A stretch of DNA of 32,000 nucleotides from Pyrobaculum calidifontis JCM 11548 (GTDB lineage: Archaea; Thermoproteota; Thermoprotei; Thermoproteales; Thermoproteaceae), in assembly GCF_000015805.1 (NCBI RefSeq), contig NC_009073.1, positions 1,950,001 to 1,982,000 of the forward strand, read 5' to 3'. The notes beneath the pieces are model-generated. The model saw nothing but the letters and a program-made list of their open reading frames with translations, had not been told where the DNA came from and made no database searches. Of the stretch, positions 7,755 through 20,369 are shown one piece after another (within the stretch, counting starts at the first letter, position 1; every line of letters begins with the position of its first letter). The translations under genes were made by a program, and so were the position numbers.

Positions 7755-7952
7755 ATGTCGATTAGGGGTGCTCGTATCTATGGCCCGTCGCCTCCAGCGG
7801 ATTCGACGACAAACTGGCCTTTGGCGCCGTTGGAGAGGGGGGTGGTTTTTGCTTGTCCTAACTGTGGGAAGACGACTATTGTGAGAAGTGCTAGGGCGCG
7901 GAAGCTTGGGGTGCCGTATAGGTGTCCTGAGTGTGGGTTTGTAGGGCCGTAA
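7755..7952 (+). CDS. Small Zn-ribbon protein (COG2888/DUF1610-like), typical neighbour of aEF-1beta
   Basis: The C-terminal FACPNCGKTTIVRSARARKLGVPYRCPECGFVGP matches my recollection of the F.CP.CG...I.RC..CR....Y.CP.CGF.GP pattern. The middle Cys pair is replaced here by Ser/Ala. It lies directly upstream of ef1b. Confidence 0.55.
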   Translation: MSIRGARIYGPSPPADSTTNWPLAPLERGVVFACPNCGKTTIVRSARARKLGVPYRCPECGFVGP

Positions 7953-7984
7953 CTCTTTTATAGCTTTGCGAATTTGGCGTACCC

Positions 7985-8263
7985 ATGTCGGCAGAAGTGG
8001 CGTTAGTATATAGGGTTCTCCCAGAGAGCGTTGAGGTAGACGTTGAAAAGTTGAAAGAGGCGATAGTCAATAGGCTTGCGCCAAAGTATAAGGTTGACAA
8101 GGTGGAGGTGGAGGAGATTGGGTTTGGCATTAAGGCTCTTAGGTTCTACATTAGGATGCCCGAGTCTGACGAGTATAGCTCTGACGAGGTGGAGGAGATT
8201 CTCCGCTCTGTGGAGGGCGTCGGTGGTTTTGAGCTTGAGTATTTCAGCAGGCTGAGCTTCTGA
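7985..8263 (+). CDS. ef1b: Translation elongation factor aEF-1 beta
   Basis: 92 aa. Motifs [23 protein letters not shown] and [23 protein letters not shown] at 7956-7962 is centred 26 nt upstream. Confidence 0.9.
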   Translation: MSAEVALVYRVLPESVEVDVEKLKEAIVNRLAPKYKVDKVEVEEIGFGIKALRFYIRMPESDEYSSDEVEEILRSVEGVGGFELEYFSRLSF

Positions 8264-8267
8264 CACG

Positions 8268-8275
8268 TTTTTATA
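8268..8275 (+). promoter_or_regulatory. TATA box within GTTTTTATACC (copy 2 of 3), upstream of cdc48
   Basis: Centred 24.5 nt upstream of the GTG at 8296. Confidence 0.55.
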
Positions 8276-8295
8276 CCTAGTTCGAACTTTTTGTC

Positions 8296-10491
8296 GTGAG
8301 TGAGTGGATTGAATTAAGAGTTCTCGAGAGCAAGGCACGGGACGCTAATCGTCCAGTGGTGAGGATAGACCCCGAGGTTATGGAGAGGGCGGGGATAATG
8401 GTGGGCGACGTGGTTGAAATCGTTGGGAGGAGGAGGACTGCCGCTAAGGTGTGGAACGGCCTTCCCGAGGATAGGGGCAAGGGCGTAATTAGGATGAACA
8501 GCATACTTAGGAAGAACGCCGACGTGGCTCTCAACGAGACTGTAAGAGTGAGAAGGGTCGAGCCAAAGCCCGCGGCGTTTGTAAAGCTTGCACCCGTGTC
8601 TATGACCATCGCCGTTGATGCAAACTTCCTGCAGTACATTAAGCAGAGGTTGAGGGAGTACGTGGTAGTTGAGGGCGACATGTTGCAAATCCACGTGCTT
8701 AGCCAGCCTCTCACATTCCAAGTAATTCAGACCAAGCCCTCCAACTCCATTGTCATAATAAACGACGACACGCAGATTCAGATATTTGAAAAACCGGTGT
8801 CAGGCGTCAAGATCCCGCACGTGACTTGGGAGGACATCGGCGATTTGGAGGATGCTAAGCAGAAGATTAGGGAGCTTGTGGAGCTTCCTCTTCGGCATCC
8901 TGAGCTTTTTAAGCACTTGGGCATAGAGCCGCCTAAGGGCATTCTGCTTATTGGGCCTCCTGGCACTGGGAAGACGCTTTTGGCCAAGGCCGTGGCCAAC
9001 GAGGCTAACGCCTACTTCGTGGCCATTAACGGGCCTGAGATCATGTCTAAGTACTACGGCGAGTCTGAGGCTAGGCTGAGAGAGATATTTGAGGAGGCTA
9101 AGAAGAACGCCCCCGCAATCATCTTCATAGACGAGATCGACGCCATAGCGCCCAAGAGAGAGGAGGTGACCGGCGAAGTGGAGAAGAGAGTAGTGGCACA
9201 GCTCCTCACCCTAATGGACGGACTACAAGAAAGAGGACAGGTAATAGTCATAGGAGCCACAAACCGCCCAGACGCAGTAGACCCAGCGTTGAGAAGGCCG
9301 GGAAGATTCGACAGAGAGATCTGGATTAATCCTCCCGACTTCAAGGGCCGGTATGAGATACTTGTTATACATACCCGGAACATGCCTCTGGGGCCCGACG
9401 TCGATTTGAGAAAACTCGCCGAGATTACACACGGCTTCACTGGGGCCGACTTAGCCGCCTTGGCGAGGGAGGCGGCTATGAGCGCGTTGAGGAGGGCTAT
9501 TCAGAGCGGGCTTATTGACCTGAACCAACCCTCTATACCCCCCGAGGTGTTTGAGAAAATCAAGGTCACAATGGCCGACTTCATGGGCGCGTTGCGGGAG
9601 ATTATCCCCTCTGCCCTCAGAGAGGTGCACATAGAGGTGCCGCGGGTCCGCTGGGACGACATAGGGGGCCTTGAAAATGTAAAACAGGAGCTGAGGGAGG
9701 CCGTGGAGTGGCCTCTTAAGTACCCCGACCGCTTTAAGAAGTTCGGCCTGAGGGCCCCCAAGGGCATACTGTTGTTCGGCCCGCCAGGCACTGGGAAGAC
9801 GCTTTTAGCCAAGGCCGTTGCCACCGAGTCTGGGGCCAACTTCGTGGCAGTTAGGGGGCCGGAGATCTTCTCCAAGTGGGTGGGCGAGTCTGAGAAAATG
9901 GTCAGAGAGATCTTTAGAAAGGCCCGTATGGCGGCTCCGGCCGTTATATTCATAGACGAGATTGATGCGCTGGCCACGGCTAGGGGGCTTGGCGGGGACT
10001 CTCTCGTAAGTGAGCGGGTTGTTGCACAACTCTTGGCAGAGATGGACGGCATAAAGGCCCTGGAGAACGTGGTGGTAATAGCGGCCACAAATCGCCCCGA
10101 CTTGGTAGACCCCGCGTTGCTGAGGCCGGGCAGATTTGACAGAATTATATACGTGCCGCCCCCCGACTTTAAGGCCAGGCTTGAGATCTTGCTCATACAC
10201 ACCAGGGCTACCCCCTTGGCCAAAGATGTGGACTTAGAGGAGATAGCTAGGAGGACTGAGGGCTACTCAGGCGCAGATTTAGAGCTCTTGGTAAGAGAGG
10301 CGACGTTCCTCGCGCTTCGCGAAAACATAGACACAAAGGAGGTCTCCATGCGCCACTTCGAGGAGGCGCTTAAGAAAGTTAGACCCTCTGTGACTCCCGA
10401 CATGTTGAAGTTCTACGAGTCTTGGCTTGAGCGCGCCAGACAGTTAACTACTCCGACCAAGGCCAGGGCAACGCCTCCGCTGTACCTATGA
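8296..10491 (+). CDS. cdc48: Cdc48/VCP-like AAA+ ATPase (N domain plus D1 and D2)
   Basis: Two Walker A motifs ([15 protein letters not shown], twice), two Walker B motifs (IIFIDEIDA and VIFIDEIDA), and a double-psi-barrel-like N domain. The C-terminus ends ...PPLYL (HbYX-type Leu-Tyr-Leu). Confidence 0.95.
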   Translation: MSEWIELRVLESKARDANRPVVRIDPEVMERAGIMVGDVVEIVGRRRTAAKVWNGLPEDRGKGVIRMNSILRKNADVALNETVRVRRVEPKPAAFVKLAPVSMTIAVDANFLQYIKQRLREYVVVEGDMLQIHVLSQPLTFQVIQTKPSNSIVIINDDTQIQIFEKPVSGVKIPHVTWEDIGDLEDAKQKIRELVELPLRHPELFKHLGIEPPKGILLIGPPGTGKTLLAKAVANEANAYFVAINGPEIMSKYYGESEARLREIFEEAKKNAPAIIFIDEIDAIAPKREEVTGEVEKRVVAQLLTLMDGLQERGQVIVIGATNRPDAVDPALRRPGRFDREIWINPPDFKGRYEILVIHTRNMPLGPDVDLRKLAEITHGFTGADLAALAREAAMSALRRAIQSGLIDLNQPSIPPEVFEKIKVTMADFMGALREIIPSALREVHIEVPRVRWDDIGGLENVKQELREAVEWPLKYPDRFKKFGLRAPKGILLFGPPGTGKTLLAKAVATESGANFVAVRGPEIFSKWVGESEKMVREIFRKARMAAPAVIFIDEIDALATARGLGGDSLVSERVVAQLLAEMDGIKALENVVVIAATNRPDLVDPALLRPGRFDRIIYVPPPDFKARLEILLIHTRATPLAKDVDLEEIARRTEGYSGADLELLVREATFLALRENIDTKEVSMRHFEEALKKVRPSVTPDMLKFYESWLERARQLTTPTKARATPPLYL

Positions 10492-10709
10492 TCCTCACCA
10501 CTGTGGGAAACGTCGTGGAGATGCTCCTGAGGAGACAGGAAAGTGTCACAAGCGACGATATTAAGTCCGTATTGGCGCGGGCCGGCGTACAGATAAGCGA
10601 CTCGGAGTTGGCTAAGGCTCTCATGACGCTTGAGATTTATAAAAAGATCTACGTCAGGCGGGTGAGGCGTGAGAATAGAGAGGTTTTCCAAGTCTTCAAG
10701 CGTAAATAA
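10488..10709 (+). CDS. Hypothetical 73-aa protein, possibly a small winged-helix fold
   Basis: Its ATG overlaps the cdc48 TGA (ATGA). Codon usage is normal. The helical core is [36 protein letters not shown] recognise no family. Confidence 0.5.
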   Translation: MILTTVGNVVEMLLRRQESVTSDDIKSVLARAGVQISDSELAKALMTLEIYKKIYVRRVRRENREVFQVFKRK

Positions 10710-10729
10710 TATTTAGTTGTTGTATATAC

Positions 10730-13676
<2,947 letters not shown>

Positions 13677-13703
13677 AGAGGAGGAGAAGACTAGGTAAAA
13701 AAG

Positions 13704-14225
13704 CTAAGCCCTCAATTCCCTCTCTCTCACTAACTCGACTTTTACACTGGCCCCAGATATCTGGCTAATTATGGCCTGCAAACGCTCAGGCTTTATAGGC
13801 AACCGCCTCAGCTCCCGCGAGGGGATTTTTACAACCGTCTCCGTCGTGCCGTCCGGCAACCACGACGTAGAAATCGTCAAAAGCCTAGCAGGCGACACGA
13901 GCTGGGCAATCACCTCGTTCACAGAGCCGTACTCCACAACTTTTACACCACGTCCAAGAAGAGAGGCGAGCTCCTTCTCCAGTTGCATAAAGGCGCCCCT
14001 AGGCAGGCGCTTCACGTTCCTCATAAATACAATAACCAAGTCGTCTACCTCGTAGGATTTTACATACTCAACGTCGGAGAGATTTATTTTATGCCCAACC
14101 TTCAACAACGCGTCGCTCACCTCCACGTCTAGCCACTGATACCTCCCGCTGTCCAACAGCGACTGGCACTTGTGGCACAACACGCGCGTCTTTACACAGA
14201 ATTCGCAAAAAGGTATCTTAACCAT
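13704..14225 (-). CDS. Zn-ribbon plus NusA-like (KH-type) putative RNA-binding protein with degenerate GXXG loops
   Basis: The N-terminus is CEFC-x8-CHKC. The segment VKVVEYGSVNEVIAQLVSPARLLTISTSWLPDGTTETVVKIP parallels the archaeal NusA pattern VEYS.DP..FI.NALSPA.V.SV. No GxxG loop is present (LPRGAFMQ and LPIKPERL occupy those positions). This is a fold-level call from memory. Confidence 0.4.
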   Translation of the reverse strand: MVKIPFCEFCVKTRVLCHKCQSLLDSGRYQWLDVEVSDALLKVGHKINLSDVEYVKSYEVDDLVIVFMRNVKRLPRGAFMQLEKELASLLGRGVKVVEYGSVNEVIAQLVSPARLLTISTSWLPDGTTETVVKIPSRELRRLPIKPERLQAIISQISGASVKVELVRERELRA

Positions 14226-14246
14226 CGCCGCACTTAATCTAGAGAG

Positions 14247-14264
14247 ATTAAATATTTTTTAAAA
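14247..14264. promoter_or_regulatory. Shared A/T-rich element (TTAAATATTTTTTAAAAC) for divergent genes starting at 14225 (-) and 14277 (+)
   Basis: The intergenic region is 51 nt. TTAAATAT is 22-29 nt from the GTG at 14277, and its complement is 22-30 nt from the ATG at 14225. Confidence 0.45.
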
Positions 14265-14276
14265 CACCTATACGCC

Positions 14277-15974
14277 GTGCGGCTGGCCATCGTAGACGGC
14301 TACACAGACGAGCCCGCGGGACTCGGCGTGCCCCCCTACTTGGACGTGTATGCAAGGTATGTGGCAGGCGCCGCCTATTACGCAGGCGCAGAGGAGGTGC
14401 GCTATTTCACAATAGACCAGCTGAGGCAAGACTGGCCGACCTCCCTCTCCACGCTCTCGAAATTCGACGTGGTGGTCGTAGTGGCCGGGATAACGACGCC
14501 CGGAAAGTACCTAGGCGGCACACCCATTACCCTCGACGAGATACTCGACATTGGGCGGCTGGAGGGGCCTTTGAAAATCTTGGGCGGCCCAGTGGCCAAG
14601 TTCGGCTACGGCATAGAGGGCGGGACGGTGGCTGTTCCGCCTTCTAAATTCCGCCGCTACTACGACATAGTAGTAAGCGGAGACGTGGATCTAGTAGTGT
14701 ACAGGGCGTTAAAGGATGGGCCAGAGCGGGCCGCCCCCTCGGAGATGCATGAGGGGTTCAGGCTCGTCGACGTATTTGCAAAGCTCGGCGCAAGGATTGT
14801 AACACAGCACCCGAACTACGGCAAGAACTTGATAGTTGAGCTGGAGACGTATAGGTCGTGTCCGCGCTTTGTCTCAGGCGGGTGCTCCTTCTGCACCACG
14901 GTGGCCTATGGCCCAGTGTCCACGAGGCCCATAGAGGGCGTGGTGGAGGAGGTGGAGGCGTTGTATAACGCGGGCGTGGTCCACTTCCGCCTGGGCCGCC
15001 AGGCTGACTTTTACGCCTATATGGCGCACGACGTGGGGAAGGAGGATTTCCCTAGGCCAAACCCCGCCGCCATAGAGCGTCTGCTGGTGGGGATTAGAAG
15101 CGCGGCGCCGGGGCTCAAGACTTTGCACATAGACAACGTAAACCCGGGCACCGTCGCCACATGGAAGCAGGAGTCGGCCGAGGTTACAAAGCTGTTGATG
15201 AAGTACGGGACCCCCGGCAACGTAGCCGCCATGGGGATAGAAACGGCGGACCCCAGGGTGATTAAGATCAACAACCTGAAGACCCTGCCTGAACAGTCTC
15301 TAGAGGCCATAGAGCTTTTCACCAGGATAGGCTTTGTGAGAGGCAAGAACGGGATGCCGTACATACTCGCCGGCATAAACTTCGTGGCGGGGCTCCCAGG
15401 GGAGACTGCGGAGACGTACCGGCTTAACATGGAGTTTCTAAGGCAGGTCTTAGAGAGGGGGCTGGTAGTTAGGCGCGTGAACATAAGGCAAGTCTTGGTG
15501 TTCCCCACGTCGCGCCTGTGGCCCATGGCCAAGAAGCTGACCGCGAGGCTTAGAGAGCGCAAGCGCCTCTTTCAACAGTTCAAAACGTGGGTTAGAGAAG
15601 TCTTCGACAGAGAGATGTTGCGCCGCATAGTCCCAAGAGGCACCGTGCTGAGAGAGGTGTTTACAGAGGTGCACTACCACGGCGGCACCTACGCCAGGCA
15701 AGTGGGGTCCTACCCGCTCCTCGCCTACATCCCCACGCGTGTAGAGCTCGGAAGGTATATCGACGTTGTGGTAGTGGACCACGGGTCTAGAAGCGTCCTC
15801 GCGCTCCCCTACCCAGTAGACGTAAACAAGGCCGACGTAAGGACGCTCAGCCACTTGCCCGGCCTCGATAGGAAGAAGGCGAGGCTGATAGCGAGCGGGA
15901 GGCCCTACAAAAGCGTGGAGGAGGTTAAGAGGAGGGTGGGAGAGGGGGAGTACTTGAAGTACATAACTGCTTAG
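14277..15974 (+). CDS. Radical SAM enzyme (archaeal COG1031-like) with a C-terminal ComEA-like helix-hairpin-helix
   Basis: GTG start. The Cys triad SCPRFVSGGCSFC is CX7CX2C (nt 14859-14894) rather than CX3CX2C. The C-terminus VNKADVRTLSHLPGLDRKKARLIASGRPYKSVEEV is HhH-like. Confidence 0.7.
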   Translation: MRLAIVDGYTDEPAGLGVPPYLDVYARYVAGAAYYAGAEEVRYFTIDQLRQDWPTSLSTLSKFDVVVVVAGITTPGKYLGGTPITLDEILDIGRLEGPLKILGGPVAKFGYGIEGGTVAVPPSKFRRYYDIVVSGDVDLVVYRALKDGPERAAPSEMHEGFRLVDVFAKLGARIVTQHPNYGKNLIVELETYRSCPRFVSGGCSFCTTVAYGPVSTRPIEGVVEEVEALYNAGVVHFRLGRQADFYAYMAHDVGKEDFPRPNPAAIERLLVGIRSAAPGLKTLHIDNVNPGTVATWKQESAEVTKLLMKYGTPGNVAAMGIETADPRVIKINNLKTLPEQSLEAIELFTRIGFVRGKNGMPYILAGINFVAGLPGETAETYRLNMEFLRQVLERGLVVRRVNIRQVLVFPTSRLWPMAKKLTARLRERKRLFQQFKTWVREVFDREMLRRIVPRGTVLREVFTEVHYHGGTYARQVGSYPLLAYIPTRVELGRYIDVVVVDHGSRSVLALPYPVDVNKADVRTLSHLPGLDRKKARLIASGRPYKSVEEVKRRVGEGEYLKYITA

Positions 15975-16168
15975 GGCCGCCTCTGGGCGCCCAGTCTGTA
16001 GACCACGTATATTGTGAAGGCGATAAACGCCAAGACGACTATGTCGAAGAGGTTTACCAAGTAGCCGCCTAGGGGCACGTCCGGCGTCCTGAGGCCCGCC
16101 GCGGCGAGGTAGAGGAAGAACGCGGCCACCCCGAGCGAAAACCCGGCATAGGCGTATACGAGCCTCAC
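15971..16168 (-). CDS. Hypothetical 65-aa membrane protein with two TM helices
   Basis: GTG start. ATTTATAAA on the - strand (16189-16197) lies 21-29 nt upstream. There are two clear hydrophobic spans. Confidence 0.45.
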   Translation of the reverse strand: MRLVYAYAGFSLGVAAFFLYLAAAGLRTPDVPLGGYLVNLFDIVVLAFIAFTIYVVYRLGAQRRP

Positions 16169-16198
16169 ATGGGCGGGGGAAAGCCCGGTTTATAAATG

Positions 16199-16549
16199 TC
16201 ACTTATAGAGCTTCAGCTTGCCCGTCACCGCGTCCACCAGCTCGTCTGGGGCGGGGCCCACGCACATGGCCGTCGGCGTGCCCGGCGGCAACTCTGTGAG
16301 GCCGGCGTCTACTACGACGGCGGTGGGCAAGTCGAGCGACTTGGCCTTGTTGTAAAGCTCGTAAAGCGCCTCGACGCCCTCGACGGCGAGGACAATCTTC
16401 TTCTGCCCCTCCCCAAGCCACTGGTCGAGCCACCGGCGCCACTTGCCGCTATTCTGGGCGAGCAGTACGCACTCCACGGCCGCGTGGCTGGCCTGCGCCG
16501 CCGCCTTGCCGCAAGACATGCCCAAATCCCGCCTAACGACAATCGACAT
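16199..16549 (-). CDS. pth: Peptidyl-tRNA hydrolase, archaeal Pth2 type
   Basis: Motifs [25 protein letters not shown] and [21 protein letters not shown]. The internal ATG at 16549 gives the usual ~116 aa. The track ORF start (16615) adds a hydrophobic non-homologous extension. Confidence 0.85.
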   Translation of the reverse strand: MSIVVRRDLGMSCGKAAAQASHAAVECVLLAQNSGKWRRWLDQWLGEGQKKIVLAVEGVEALYELYNKAKSLDLPTAVVVDAGLTELPPGTPTAMCVGPAPDELVDAVTGKLKLYK

Positions 16550-16599
16550 CTTCACACTAGGCAAGAAACGGGACAAAAAATAAGTAAAACGCACAAAAC

Positions 16600-16606
16600 T
16601 TAAATA
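16600..16606 (+). promoter_or_regulatory. TATA box (ACTTAAATAC context) for the protease gene
   Basis: Centred 23 nt upstream of the ATG at 16626. Confidence 0.5.
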
Positions 16607-16625
16607 CAACATCAAACCGCATTTT

Positions 16626-19600
16626 ATGGCTCGGAAACTGGTAATAACGGTTCTACTGCTTGCCGCAGTTCTTGTCTACGCCCAGGCGGTAAAAGTTTCT
16701 GGGGCAAACCCCGCCGTATTGGAAACAGACTCACAAGTCCTCGCCAAGCTCGTGGTATCAGACCTCAACGCCTTTGCGGCACAGTGGAAAGCCGACGTGA
16801 AGAAGGTCACGGCAAAGGTCGGAGGCAGAGAGGTGGCGGCTGTCTCAATCTCCGTCAACGGCATAAGGCTTACCGGCAGGCCGTCAGACGCCGGCGCCGT
16901 GTTGTACTACAGGGGGAAGGCCTCTGGGCTAAAGGCGCTGGTCCAGTCCCCCTATGTACAACTGGCCTATGTGAAAGTAGTGCCCGAGGTGCCCCCGAGG
17001 GAGTTCTTCGACGAGGCGCGCAACTTGGCAGAGGGCACCCCCATGCCCACTCTGCCGGTCATGAGGGAGATAATCGGCGCCGCTAAAGTGCAAGAGCTGT
17101 TCGGCGTAAACGGCACAGGCGTGGTAATCGCCGTAGTAGACACCGGCGTCGACTACGGCCACCCAGATCTACAAGACGCATTGGCGTGGCTCATCAAGAC
17201 CAGCGACGGCAGAGAGATAATCGCCGCCTCCATAGCCCTCTCCGGGACGTCGCTACAGTACAAGACGCTGAGGGGACAGCCGGGGTCTATCCCACTGACC
17301 CAAGTGGCGTCAGTGGAGCCGCTTGTGCTAGACGCAGACGAGTCCCAAGTGATCTTGCTAGTCGGCCTCACGGCGTCTGGGGGCTACCTACAGACAGCGA
17401 ACCGTCAGTTCAACGTGATTGACGGCGTAGACATATACAGCGTCACGGCGCAGTGCAACTATAAGGTGGCCGGCCTGCCTAGCAGAAGCGGCGTGTACAA
17501 ATTCGGCATGACTAACCTCTACATACCCTGGTACGGCGGATATGTCAACGTGGGCGTCGTCATGTACGACCCAGACCAGCCCGGCATATACACCGCGGCG
17601 CGCGTCGACATCAACAAAAACTGCGACTTTACAGATGACCCAGAGCTACGCTACTACGGCAATAGGCTAATCGTCGACAACCCCGCGGCCCCCACAGTCA
17701 GCCTAGGCGTCGCAGGCGGCTACTTCTACGACTGGGGACTCTGGTTTGACGTATATGCCAAGTTCTACCCAGGCTGGGACCTGGACGGGAATTACCTCAG
17801 CATATTCTACGACTTCGACAGCCACGGCACAGCCTGTAGCTCCGTGGCCGCCGGCAGAGGCAAGGCAGTCTACAACCTCGGCCTCTTAGGCCAGCAGAGG
17901 CTGGTGGGCATAGCGCCGGGAGCCAAGGTACTCGGCGTCAAGGGGCTGTGGGCCGGCATGGTGGAGCCGGGCATGATGTGGGCCGCGGGCTTCGACGTGG
18001 GACAAGACGGCAGGTGGTACTGGACTGGCCAGAAGCGCGCACATGTAATAAGCAACAGCTGGGGCATCTCATCGTTCATATACGACTACGCCGCATTTGG
18101 CTACGACTTTGAGTCAGCCGTCATAAACGGGCTCGTGGCGCCGGGCTTCCTCGATAGGAACTACCCCGGCATTATAATAGTGCATGCTGGCGGCAACGGT
18201 GGGTACGGCTTTGGCACAATAACAAGCCCCGGCGCAGCCATCGGCGCAATAACAGTGGGAGCTGCCACAAGTGGACACTATTGGCGGGCGTTAGGCACAC
18301 CGTTCTACGGGTACAGGTGGGGCGACATCATAAGCTGGTCTCTGAGGGGGCCGACCCCCGCTGGCTATGTGAAGCCAGACGTGGTAAACGTGGGAGCCTT
18401 TGGAATAGCGGCGTACCCCGTGGGCTTGAACTGGGGCACATTTGGAGGCACTTCGCAGGCCACGCCTCTCACCGCCGGCGTAGTTGCCCTAGTGTTAAGC
18501 GCCGTGGCCGACGCCAGAGACCCCGCCACCGTTGATCCCTTCTTGGTTAAACAAATTTTGGCAAGCACAGCGGTGGACATAGGCTACACGCCGTTTACCG
18601 CCGGCCACGGCTTCGTCAACGCCACAGCCGCCGTAATAGCGGCCAGGGCCTACTTCGGACTGCCAGCTCCAAAGGCCCCACTGGCACTGTTTAGGACAAA
18701 CTCTCAGGTGAACCTGGGCGCCTCTTGGAACTTCCAGTGGAGGATCAACATCCCGCTATACTTCGGCTACTTCCTTAACAACATTCTGACAACGCAGTGG
18801 GAGGGACAGTTGCAAATGTCAACTATTCCACAGCCGCAGATAGGCATGACAAGTCTCTACTTGTCCACGGTGCCAGGAGGGCAAGCCACTGGGACTGTCA
18901 CAGTGACTTCGACGAGTTCTAGACTAGACGTCAGCGTCAGCGCGGTGACGCTGACCCCAATTTATAGGAAGACTGTCACACGGAATATACCCGTTGGAAC
19001 TCTCGGCGGATATTTCACGATGTCTTCGCTGGGGATCGACGAGACTGTTTTGAAGCAAGCCGATTTAGTTGTGTTTAGAATTTCGTATCCCTTCCGCGCA
19101 TTCGACCCTGAGTTTGACTATAACATGAATGTTAGGCCTGTTCTCTGGGTGTTTGGGTGGACTGATTTGAACAACAACGGCGCTCCAGAGGTTAATGAGC
19201 TTACTTGGTATAACTATGGCTATCAGAGGGGCACTGCCGTTGAGGTCCCAGTGGCGAGGCTCGGCGCTAGAATGGCGCCGAACGAAAAGCTGGTGGTCAG
19301 AATAGACATAAGGCCCGTTACAAGTCCGTATCCTCCGTCTGTGCCAGTCACGCTTGAGGTTGTGGCGTTTAAGAGGGCGCCTGCCCCCGATGTGCAAGTG
19401 ATTCCTACTAGGGTGGTGCTTCAGCCGCGTCAGAGCTACACTTTCACAGTTGTGGTTAGGCCGCCTGCAAATGCGGCGCCCACGGCTTATGAGAGAATAT
19501 TGCTCTTCACGATTAATGGGACTACGTATGTGGTTCCGATTAGCTACGTGGCTAGACAGAGCGTGCCCGTCAACTCTGAGTTCGCCCTGACTGGCAGACC

Positions 19601-20369
19601 ATCCGACTGGTGGTACAACGCCAGTGAGCTACGTGGCGGGAACGACTGGGCTTGGAGGTATGAGTCTGGCGACTGGCGTGTCTACTATATATCTACGCCG
19701 ACATTGGCGAGGGGGCTGTACATAGACTTCAGCTGGATGTGCGCCAACACTTCGCTGATACTTTACACGATAACTGATGGCGGCTTCTTCGCAGGGTACT
19801 TCTGGAACCAGGGTGTCACCTACCACCAGTATATTGGCAGCGGTAAGTTCTACTGGACGGGCGTCGGCGGCACAACTAGGCTGGTCGCTGTGCCATCTGC
19901 GTCGTTTGCCGTGCCTATCTCAGTCGCCGGCTATGCATACACCACGATGTCTGCCTCTTACCCGGTCGACGGAGTCCGTAGCTTCACCGTGGTAGTGCGG
20001 TCGTCTCTGTATGGTGGTTGCGCCACGTCTGAGGCTGTGAGCGGCAAAGTGAGGCCGTTTATAGAGGGCGGCGATGTGCCGGTGATATTTACCTCCTCGC
20101 CGTTTGTCAGAGTTACTCTCAGTAGGCCACCCCTCGACTACTTGCTTGCTCACAAGTTCGCCACTGTGATGGGCGGCGGGTTTGTGGTGCCGATGTTCAT
20201 CGTCGGGACTGACTTGAGGTTTAACATGTTGTACATAAGGACCCCAGTGTTTGTGGACTACGTAGCGCTTCTCTACGCGCCTCAGTACGCCGTGTGGTAT
20301 AGGACGAGCGGGAGTAACGTCGGCAGATATCCGTGGTACGCGGTTGAGGGGGTGAGCGTTATTGGCTAG
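16626..20369 (+). CDS. Secreted subtilisin-family (S8) serine protease, pyrolysin/TPPII-like architecture, 1247 aa
   Basis: Signal peptide [21 protein letters not shown]. Catalytic residues are D172 (VVDTGVD), H400 (DSHGTACSS), N524 (AGGNGG) and S610 ([12 protein letters not shown]). There are 228 aa between Asp and His, and ~630 aa C-terminal with no motif I recognise. Confidence 0.9.
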   Translation: MARKLVITVLLLAAVLVYAQAVKVSGANPAVLETDSQVLAKLVVSDLNAFAAQWKADVKKVTAKVGGREVAAVSISVNGIRLTGRPSDAGAVLYYRGKASGLKALVQSPYVQLAYVKVVPEVPPREFFDEARNLAEGTPMPTLPVMREIIGAAKVQELFGVNGTGVVIAVVDTGVDYGHPDLQDALAWLIKTSDGREIIAASIALSGTSLQYKTLRGQPGSIPLTQVASVEPLVLDADESQVILLVGLTASGGYLQTANRQFNVIDGVDIYSVTAQCNYKVAGLPSRSGVYKFGMTNLYIPWYGGYVNVGVVMYDPDQPGIYTAARVDINKNCDFTDDPELRYYGNRLIVDNPAAPTVSLGVAGGYFYDWGLWFDVYAKFYPGWDLDGNYLSIFYDFDSHGTACSSVAAGRGKAVYNLGLLGQQRLVGIAPGAKVLGVKGLWAGMVEPGMMWAAGFDVGQDGRWYWTGQKRAHVISNSWGISSFIYDYAAFGYDFESAVINGLVAPGFLDRNYPGIIIVHAGGNGGYGFGTITSPGAAIGAITVGAATSGHYWRALGTPFYGYRWGDIISWSLRGPTPAGYVKPDVVNVGAFGIAAYPVGLNWGTFGGTSQATPLTAGVVALVLSAVADARDPATVDPFLVKQILASTAVDIGYTPFTAGHGFVNATAAVIAARAYFGLPAPKAPLALFRTNSQVNLGASWNFQWRINIPLYFGYFLNNILTTQWEGQLQMSTIPQPQIGMTSLYLSTVPGGQATGTVTVTSTSSRLDVSVSAVTLTPIYRKTVTRNIPVGTLGGYFTMSSLGIDETVLKQADLVVFRISYPFRAFDPEFDYNMNVRPVLWVFGWTDLNNNGAPEVNELTWYNYGYQRGTAVEVPVARLGARMAPNEKLVVRIDIRPVTSPYPPSVPVTLEVVAFKRAPAPDVQVIPTRVVLQPRQSYTFTVVVRPPANAAPTAYERILLFTINGTTYVVPISYVARQSVPVNSEFALTGRPSDWWYNASELRGGNDWAWRYESGDWRVYYISTPTLARGLYIDFSWMCANTSLILYTITDGGFFAGYFWNQGVTYHQYIGSGKFYWTGVGGTTRLVAVPSASFAVPISVAGYAYTTMSASYPVDGVRSFTVVVRSSLYGGCATSEAVSGKVRPFIEGGDVPVIFTSSPFVRVTLSRPPLDYLLAHKFATVMGGGFVVPMFIVGTDLRFNMLYIRTPVFVDYVALLYAPQYAVWYRTSGSNVGRYPWYAVEGVSVIG

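Noticed and set aside
9501-10223. 240-aa ORF on the minus strand inside cdc48
   Set aside because: It is fully antisense to a strongly supported AAA+ ATPase gene. It has Ser/Pro/Ala-rich low-complexity composition typical of shadow ORFs in GC-rich coding DNA, and no promoter-like box upstream.
15450-16202. 250-aa minus-strand ORF spanning the radical-SAM 3' end and the small membrane ORF
   Set aside because: It is an Arg/Pro/Gly-rich shadow frame antisense to the radical-SAM gene. It is incompatible with the better-supported 65-aa membrane ORF and pth.
16196-16603. Arg-rich ORFs (135 aa on the + strand; 79 and 76 aa on the - strand) overlapping pth
   Set aside because: These are alternative frames of the Pth2 gene with extreme Arg/Gly/Ala content and no start-site support.
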